From the NCBI GenBank assembly GCA_041661045.1, contig JBAZVE010000001.1:1200001-1232000 (forward strand): a stretch of 32,000 nucleotides of DNA, written 5' to 3'. Under the pieces are notes generated by a model. The model was not told where the DNA came from. It worked only from the letters and a program-made list of their open reading frames with translations, and did not search any database. The stretch comes from Candidatus Saccharimonadota bacterium (GTDB taxonomy: Bacteria; Patescibacteriota; Gracilibacteria; UBA1369; 2-02-FULL-48-14). The translations under genes were made by a program, and so were the position numbers. Shown piece by piece: positions 23,243 to 30,193 of the stretch (position 1 is its first letter; each line of letters begins with the position of its first letter).

Positions 23243-25009
23243 ATGTATCGAACGCACACCTGTGGAGAACTTCGCCCTTCTCATGAAGGCCAGACCGTGA
23301 CCCTGAGCGGATGGGTGCATCGCCGCCGTGACCACGGAGAATTGATTTTTATTGATCTTCGAGATCGTTACGGGCTCACGCAGATTGTGTTCAACCCTGC
23401 CGAGAATGCCGCCGCGCACAAGATTGCGGAGGAAGCGCGCCCCGAGTTTGTGCTCAAAGTGACCGGGAAAGTGGGGACTCGCCCCGCCGGACTCGAAAAC
23501 AAGGACATGGCCACCGGAGCCATTGAAGTGGCTGTGAGTGAGGCTGAAATTTTGAACAAATCCAAAACGCCTCCTTTTGAAATCGACCAAAATAAGGAGG
23601 TGAATGAGGAAATTCGTCTCAAGTACCGTTACCTGGATCTGCGCAAAGATCGTTTGAAAAACAACATCCTTTTCCGCCACAAGTTCATCAAACGCCTACG
23701 CGACCTCATGGACGAACGCGGATTCTGTGAAGTGGAAACACCCATGCTCATGAAGGGAACGCCCGAGGGATCCCGCGAATTCATTGTGCCCGCCCGTCTC
23801 TACCCGGGGACTTTTTATGTGCTTCCCCAGTCGCCTCAACAGCTCAAACAGCTTTTGATGGTGGCCGGAATGGACAAATATTTCCAGATCGCCCGCTGTT
23901 TCCGTGACGAAGATTCCCGTGGAGACCGCCAGCCCGAATTCACCCAGCTCGACCTCGAAATGTCTTTTGTGGAAGAAGAAGATGTGATTGCTCTCAACGA
24001 AGAAGTGCTGACGATTTTGCTCAAAGAGCTCGTGCCCGAAAAAGAAATTCTGCAAACGCCGTTTCCCCGTCTCACCTGGCACGAAGCCATGAGCCGCTTT
24101 GGAACCGATAAGCCCGACATGCGCTTTGGAATGGAAATTAAGGATGTGACCGAGCTCGTGAAAGACTGCGACTTCAAGGTTTTTGCCGATGCCGCCGCAA
24201 AAGGATTCGTGAAATGCCTCACGGTGCAAGGTGGTGCCGAGTTCAGCCGCAAGGAAATCGACGACATGACCGAAATCGCCAAGGTCTATGGAGCCAAGGG
24301 TCTCGCCTACATTCAAATGGAAGCCGAAGGTCCCAAGTCCCCCATTGCGAAATTTTTTAAGCCTGAAGAGCTCGAAGCCCTGATAAAGGCTGCCGACGCA
24401 AAGACCGGAGACATCATTTTCTTCTCCGCCAGCGAAAGCTTTGAGGTGGTTTGTAACTCTCTGGGTTATGTGCGCCTCGCCTGTGGCGACCGTTTCCAAC
24501 TCCGCGATCCCAATAAACTCGCTCTGCTCTGGATTGTGGACTTCCCTTTGTTCGAAACCAGCGACGAAGGCCGCCTCGTTTCCGCCCACCACCCTTTCAC
24601 CAGCCCCAAGGACGACCAGATTGAAAAACTCGACACCGACCCCAAAACCGTCCTCGCCAAAGCCTACGACATCGCCATGAACGGCAGCGAAATCGGCGGA
24701 GGTTCCATCCGTATCCACTCCCCTATTGTTCAAGAAAAAATCTTCAAAACTTTAGGCATTAGCAACATCGAAATCGAACGCCGCTTCGGCCACATTCTGG
24801 AAGCTTTCTCTTACGGCGCGCCTCCCCACGGAGGAATCGCTTGGGGCCTCGACCGCATCGTCATGCTTTTGAGGGACGAGCCCAATATTCGAGAGGTGAT
24901 TGCCTTTCCAAAGGACAGCAAGGCGAAGGACTTGCTCACCGGAGCACCCAGCGCGTTACCAGATGAGACGCTGAAGGAGATGCATGTGAAGTGCGTGGAG
25001 GAGGAGTAG
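23243..25009 (+). CDS. aspS: Aspartyl-tRNA synthetase (bacterial type)
   Basis: 588 aa. It has an N-terminal OB fold (MYRTHTCGELR...GWVHRRRDHG.LIFIDLRD) and class II motifs (FRDEDSRGDRQPEFTQLD, GGGSIRIH, PPHGGIAWGLDR). Confidence 0.95.
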   Translation: MYRTHTCGELRPSHEGQTVTLSGWVHRRRDHGELIFIDLRDRYGLTQIVFNPAENAAAHKIAEEARPEFVLKVTGKVGTRPAGLENKDMATGAIEVAVSEAEILNKSKTPPFEIDQNKEVNEEIRLKYRYLDLRKDRLKNNILFRHKFIKRLRDLMDERGFCEVETPMLMKGTPEGSREFIVPARLYPGTFYVLPQSPQQLKQLLMVAGMDKYFQIARCFRDEDSRGDRQPEFTQLDLEMSFVEEEDVIALNEEVLTILLKELVPEKEILQTPFPRLTWHEAMSRFGTDKPDMRFGMEIKDVTELVKDCDFKVFADAAAKGFVKCLTVQGGAEFSRKEIDDMTEIAKVYGAKGLAYIQMEAEGPKSPIAKFFKPEELEALIKAADAKTGDIIFFSASESFEVVCNSLGYVRLACGDRFQLRDPNKLALLWIVDFPLFETSDEGRLVSAHHPFTSPKDDQIEKLDTDPKTVLAKAYDIAMNGSEIGGGSIRIHSPIVQEKIFKTLGISNIEIERRFGHILEAFSYGAPPHGGIAWGLDRIVMLLRDEPNIREVIAFPKDSKAKDLLTGAPSALPDETLKEMHVKCVEEE

Positions 25010-25038
25010 ACTGTGGAGCTTAGGCGTCCATCCGAGTT

Positions 25039-25743
25039 TTACAAAAATCTTAATTCAAGTTTTTCTTTCACTTCTTTCCAATTAGGAACGACTGATTCTT
25101 GAAGCTTAAAGAAATTCTTGTTGTGATTCTTGTGTTTCATGTGACAAAGTTCGTGTGTGATCACATAATCAATGCAATCTTTCGATGCTCGTATAAGTAA
25201 AGGATTGAGAATGATTTTTTTGTTGGATAAATAGCTTCCCCACCGTTTTGTCATTTTTCTTGTGATGAGCTCAGGTATGCGATCATTATTAAAATCTTTA
25301 ATCACCTCTTCCAGCCGAGCTGTAAAAACTGATTTCATCCTCAGCTCAAACCATTCATCAAGTATTGCCTTGTTCACACTTCGATTTTGAGGTGATTCCG
25401 TTGTAAATACAGTTATCCTTCCCTTTTCGAGTTTAACTTGTGGAGTTTCTCCTGATTTCACCAGAAGCTTGTATTGCCGTCCAAGGTATAGAAAACTTTC
25501 GCCTGAAACATATTCTTTTTGAGCCACCTTTTTCTGATACTTTTTGAAGTACTGCACTTGTTTTTCCAGCCACAACCATTTTCTTTTTAGGAATTTATCA
25601 ATTTTATCAATATCATAACCAATAGGGCATTTTAAAATGATGTTTAAGCTCGGCTGAACCGTTAATGCAATTGTCTTACGATCCTGAAATACTAAATAAT
25701 ATTCATATGAATATTTCCCATATTTGAATGTACTTATTTTCAT
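25039..25743 (-). CDS. DUF45/YgjP-like (SprT/WLM-type) zinc metallopeptidase-fold protein
   Basis: 234 aa. It contains MTKRWGSY...ILNPLL...IDYVITHELCHMKHKNH (HExxH). The ATG overlaps the hsdR stop (ATGA, 25740..25743). GC is low, like the rest of the operon. Confidence 0.8.
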   Translation of the reverse strand: MKISTFKYGKYSYEYYLVFQDRKTIALTVQPSLNIILKCPIGYDIDKIDKFLKRKWLWLEKQVQYFKKYQKKVAQKEYVSGESFLYLGRQYKLLVKSGETPQVKLEKGRITVFTTESPQNRSVNKAILDEWFELRMKSVFTARLEEVIKDFNNDRIPELITRKMTKRWGSYLSNKKIILNPLLIRASKDCIDYVITHELCHMKHKNHNKNFFKLQESVVPNWKEVKEKLELRFL

Positions 25744-28700
25744 TGGCGAAAAATTTCATAGTTACTGGTAGCGAGATCAATGATTGTTGAAAGCAGAGTC
25801 TGTAAGTCTTCGTCGCTAAGTCCTATAGCTTTTTGAGTTTTAACCGTGTCGTACAGATAGTCATCCAATTTGTTAGTAATGACCCTTTTGACCTCGGCAT
25901 TTTTATGCCAATCAACAATGGTTTCAGCTTTCAAGATATTGAATATGTCCAAAATGATATCAACAATTAAGTCTTCCTCAACCTCATACTTGACCAGAAT
26001 GTCTTTCAGATTTCTATAGAAAATATCAGCACCGATCTTCTCTTTGATCTTGGCGGGAATTTCCTCATCCTCTTTATGTAAAACCTGTACCTTGATTTCC
26101 TTGATCTCATTTAAGGCCTCAACATCAGCAATTTTACCTTCTCTCAATTTCTGTAAGAGTTTTGATATTTTTTCGGAAAAACGATGATAGAACTCGGGAT
26201 CTTTTTCTCTCGCTTCTTCAGTAATTGTCCTTTGAACCTGTGCGGCTATCGCTTCAGCCTTCGATTTATTTGAGCCCAAATTGGCTATCGCCTCGGAGAA
26301 CGCTTCCGTATCATTAATACTGATTTGCTTCGTCAACACCTCGACCTGTTTAGCATCAATGTATTGGTCAAGGATTTTGACAAGCTGCAGTTTGTACTCA
26401 GAAAAATCGTCTGTGTCGGCATACTTGAGAGTTACAGTTTTTCTCAATTCCAGAAATTTTTTGAGATCTTGTTTATACATATCCAGGTGCGGGAATCCAA
26501 TTGAGAAGTCCTGAAGGGCAAGGCATTCATTAAATTGCCGTATGAATGTGTTGAGTGCCCTGTAGAAAAGGGCGCGTTCTTGCTCGTCTGACAACTTTTG
26601 GATGTAAACTTCATCATCCTTTGAGCCTTTAAGCTCCTTGAACATCTCATGCAGTGCGTCATAACTAAATTCAAGTTCCGTTCTCTTGGCTATCACATCG
26701 ATTAGGGTATTTTTAACATCTTCATCGTCATAGTTCCCAAACAGTTTCATTGCCGTATCGATATTCTTTGCATTTTCGGAGTAATCGATAATGAAACCTG
26801 CTGTTTTCGGAGATTTTTTATTTTCATAAATTCGATTCACCCTAGCAATGGCTTGAAGTAGATTATGGTCTTTGAGGTCTTTAGCCAGATAGAGGACGGT
26901 ATTTCTCGGCGCATCGAAGCCTGTGAGTAGCTTGTCTACAACAATAAGAATTTCTACCCCCTCATCGTTCTTTTTGAAGCTGTTGATTTTTTGTTTTTCA
27001 TAAGAAGCGAGATCCCTAAAATTGTGGTTTATCGTCTTGAGAAACTCGGAGACCTCTTTTTTATGCGTGTCCTTCTCATCTTCTTCAGTCGTTGTTTCGG
27101 AAATTATTACTGCGGAGTTGATTTTCTCTCCATACCCCTCAAAAGCTCTCTGGAATAAAATGGCGGAGTACTTCGAAGGAGCAACAATTTGAGCTTTCAA
27201 GCCAGTCCCCTGAAAATTCTTGATATAGTGATCCTGAATATCATAGGCAATTTCCGCAATTCTTTGTGGATTGTTACGAATAACACGCTTGTCTACAAAT
27301 TTTTGGAGTTCACGCTTTTGCTCTTGGTTCAGCTCTTTGGTAATGCGGTCAACCTGTCGATCAATCTGCTCCTTATTTTGAGTCAATTCCACATAACGGC
27401 CTTCATAAATGAGAGGCAAAATTACGCCATCACTTAAAGCGTCATCAATCGTATATTTATCTATATATCCACCAAATTTAAGCCAACTGGCTTTGTCTTT
27501 TTTCATCAACGGAGTGCCTGTAAATCCGATATAACAGGCGTTTGGGATGGTTCGGTTCATCTCTGCGTTGGCCATTCCTCCTTGTGTGCGATGGGCCTCA
27601 TCGATAAGTACAAAAATATTCTTTGAATCGTCAATAAAACCCGCTCGGTGTTTTTTTGCACTTTCAAATTTATGAACCAAGGTAGTTATTACATTGAGAT
27701 TTTTCTCTTTAATCAATCTTAAAAGGTCTTGGCCACTTGTCGCTTCAACTACACCTTTTTTGAGCTTACAGTCACGGAATGTGTCCGCTATTTGTTTATT
27801 GAGATCCTTTCTGTCTGTAACAATAATAACCCGAGGATTTTGGATGCGTTCATCCTCAATTAAAGCTTTTACAAACATCACCATAGTCAGAGACTTGCCC
27901 GAGCCCTGCGTATGCCATATTAAACCTCCATTTCTTCTTAAACCTGCAGGGCCTTCTTTTTCTACTTCGATAGTTTTCAAACTCTTATGAATCGCAAAAT
28001 ACTGTTGATAGCGAGAAACTTTTTTAATTCCAGCATCATAAAGCATGAAATTTTTGGCGAGATCGAGCATTCTTTTTGGTTCCAAAAGAGCCACTATACC
28101 TTTGTCTTGCTCGGTTAAAAGCCTATCGGTTATTTGTTTGTGAGCCAAAGTAGCACCATTTAGATCAGCACAAATTTGCGCATAAAGCTCACTTTCAATA
28201 GGCTTGGAAATGAGTCCGCTTACTTTCTCGTCAAACTGGGGGTCTTCTTTTTCTTTCCAACGCGCGTAAAACTTGTTTGGAGTCCCTGTTGTTCCATATA
28301 AAAGTTCGGTTTTATTCGTGCCAATTAAAAGTTGAGGATAAACAAAAAGTTTTGGGCAGTATTCCGGCCCCTGATTTCTATTCATCTGGCTTAAAGCTTC
28401 CTCAACTTTTGTTCCGGATTTTTTGTTCTCGATAATAGCAAAAGGTATTCCATTCACAAAAAGCACAATATCGGGTCGTATGCCTTGTTTGCCTTCAGCA
28501 CAAAACTCCACAGTCACATGGAAGTCATTGTTTTCAATATTTTCAAAATCAATGAATTTGAAATCAAAAGATTCAATCTTGCCATCAATAAACTCTTTGA
28601 GGGTTTTTCCACTCGAAGATGTCAAAGTATGATAAACATCTCGCGAAGTATCCATAAGCCCTTCCAAAGGGATGTTTTCAAGCTCCTGAATGGCGGTACG

Positions 28701-28925
28701 GACATTTTTCTCACTGAATAAACAATCAATCCCCATGTCATCGTACCAGTTGATCTCCATCAACTTTTTGAAGGCAATATCTTTCAAGATAAACTTGGAG
28801 TGATCACCACTGCGCTGCGCATCTACTTCCGCCGGAGAAAGGTATTTGTAGCCCATATTAACCAACAGTTCCACTGCAGGGAGCTGTGATTGCTTCGCTT
28901 CATCAAAATTTGCTTGGATGATCAT
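25740..28925 (-). CDS. hsdR: Type I restriction enzyme, R (endonuclease/translocase) subunit
   Basis: 1061 aa. The N-terminal nuclease region has RPDIVLFVNGIPFAIIENKK (PD-(D/E)xK). SF2 motor motifs are present: HTQGSGKSLTM (Walker A), LIDEAHRTQ (DEAH) and QAIARVNR (motif VI). Confidence 0.95.
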   Translation of the reverse strand: MIIQANFDEAKQSQLPAVELLVNMGYKYLSPAEVDAQRSGDHSKFILKDIAFKKLMEINWYDDMGIDCLFSEKNVRTAIQELENIPLEGLMDTSRDVYHTLTSSSGKTLKEFIDGKIESFDFKFIDFENIENNDFHVTVEFCAEGKQGIRPDIVLFVNGIPFAIIENKKSGTKVEEALSQMNRNQGPEYCPKLFVYPQLLIGTNKTELLYGTTGTPNKFYARWKEKEDPQFDEKVSGLISKPIESELYAQICADLNGATLAHKQITDRLLTEQDKGIVALLEPKRMLDLAKNFMLYDAGIKKVSRYQQYFAIHKSLKTIEVEKEGPAGLRRNGGLIWHTQGSGKSLTMVMFVKALIEDERIQNPRVIIVTDRKDLNKQIADTFRDCKLKKGVVEATSGQDLLRLIKEKNLNVITTLVHKFESAKKHRAGFIDDSKNIFVLIDEAHRTQGGMANAEMNRTIPNACYIGFTGTPLMKKDKASWLKFGGYIDKYTIDDALSDGVILPLIYEGRYVELTQNKEQIDRQVDRITKELNQEQKRELQKFVDKRVIRNNPQRIAEIAYDIQDHYIKNFQGTGLKAQIVAPSKYSAILFQRAFEGYGEKINSAVIISETTTEEDEKDTHKKEVSEFLKTINHNFRDLASYEKQKINSFKKNDEGVEILIVVDKLLTGFDAPRNTVLYLAKDLKDHNLLQAIARVNRIYENKKSPKTAGFIIDYSENAKNIDTAMKLFGNYDDEDVKNTLIDVIAKRTELEFSYDALHEMFKELKGSKDDEVYIQKLSDEQERALFYRALNTFIRQFNECLALQDFSIGFPHLDMYKQDLKKFLELRKTVTLKYADTDDFSEYKLQLVKILDQYIDAKQVEVLTKQISINDTEAFSEAIANLGSNKSKAEAIAAQVQRTITEEAREKDPEFYHRFSEKISKLLQKLREGKIADVEALNEIKEIKVQVLHKEDEEIPAKIKEKIGADIFYRNLKDILVKYEVEEDLIVDIILDIFNILKAETIVDWHKNAEVKRVITNKLDDYLYDTVKTQKAIGLSDEDLQTLLSTIIDLATSNYEIFRQ

Positions 28926-28929
28926 AGTG

Positions 28930-30183
28930 TTAGAGTTTAGATTTTTTTATCGTTTTGTTGAGGTCAGCAAAACGATCTGAAGGCTTGTTCTTGATAAATT
29001 CGGGTAGTCTTAATTTCCCAGTAATCATATTATTGAGTAAGAATCTTCTCTGTTGCTCAATTAATCCCTTTCTCTTTTCTAGCGCTTCAATTTCTTGATC
29101 TGCGGCGGTGAGAATTTGGGCAATGGCGGTTTGCTCTTCGATGATTGGCAACTTGATCTCAATTTCACCTAGATCTGTAGAATTTATCGCTGGATAGTTT
29201 GATCCAGTGCATTTATCCAAAACCCGATTAACAAATGTTTCTGTGTGTAGAATATGGTATAAAAATTCAGGGTTATTTTGAGTTCGTATTTGCGCATAGC
29301 CGGTTGAAGCGACGTAATCACCATCTCTCGTGAAATACAAGTTATTCTTTTGATATGGCCTTACCATTTGGAACAAAATATCTCTCTTCTTTAGTTTCCT
29401 CTGAGCTCTACTTGGCGCATTTTCCAATTTAATAATTCTTTCTTTTTTCAACAAACCCTTTTCAACACTTTCAAGATCGATATAAACAAATTCTGTAGGT
29501 AGAATATTGCTCTTAGGATTAATTGTACAAGCCTCACTTAATTTTATTTTATGCCAAGAATCATTGAATCCTTTCAATTGAGTTTTGCCACTCAACAAGC
29601 TCTCCATCAATCCTTTTTTGACTTTCTTTTTCAGCTCAATTGCCTCTGCAAGCTTGTCGAGATAGCTGTTCCAAGTTTCGAGGACTTCGACGATTTTTTC
29701 TTGTTCGGGAAGAGGAGGTAGTAAAATTGGAAGCTTTCGAAGTTGTCCAAGTGAAATAAACTTTTGAATCCCCCCACTCGAAAGTGACTGGATTTTATTT
29801 TGTAAATATTTTGAATGAAATTGCTTTACTAGAAAACTAGATAAGATTTCTTTGCTTCCTGTTTTGAAAATTCCAACATTTTTAACTACAAAATTGGGCT
29901 TATCTATTATAATAGCAGCCTCACCAACTGTACCAATCATTGAAATCAAAATATCTCCAATAACGACTTGAGATCTTTTATTTATTTCACGAGCATCCTC
30001 ATTACTAACGTTATAAAAATCAACTAAAGTTAGTTTACCCTTAATGATGTTCTTTGATGTAATCAAAGGGATTCCATCTGTTACTGGCTTAGGCGTAGCA
30101 TGTGTGCCATCGCGAACATCAATACATTCAAATGCTTTAGTAATTTTCCATTCTTTTGGTATTGTTGTTTTAATCATAGTCAT
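28930..30183 (-). CDS. hsdS: Type I restriction-modification specificity subunit (two target recognition domains)
   Basis: It has the conserved central and distal helices LPPLPEQEKIVEVLE... and LPIIEEQTAIAQILTAADQEIEALEKRK. The track ORF starts at a TTG (30210) that overlaps the upstream gene. I prefer the ATG at 30183 (MTMIKTTIPKEWK...). Confidence 0.88.
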   Translation of the reverse strand: MTMIKTTIPKEWKITKAFECIDVRDGTHATPKPVTDGIPLITSKNIIKGKLTLVDFYNVSNEDAREINKRSQVVIGDILISMIGTVGEAAIIIDKPNFVVKNVGIFKTGSKEILSSFLVKQFHSKYLQNKIQSLSSGGIQKFISLGQLRKLPILLPPLPEQEKIVEVLETWNSYLDKLAEAIELKKKVKKGLMESLLSGKTQLKGFNDSWHKIKLSEACTINPKSNILPTEFVYIDLESVEKGLLKKERIIKLENAPSRAQRKLKKRDILFQMVRPYQKNNLYFTRDGDYVASTGYAQIRTQNNPEFLYHILHTETFVNRVLDKCTGSNYPAINSTDLGEIEIKLPIIEEQTAIAQILTAADQEIEALEKRKGLIEQQRRFLLNNMITGKLRLPEFIKNKPSDRFADLNKTIKKSKL

Positions 30184-30193
30184 TGGCAAAAAA

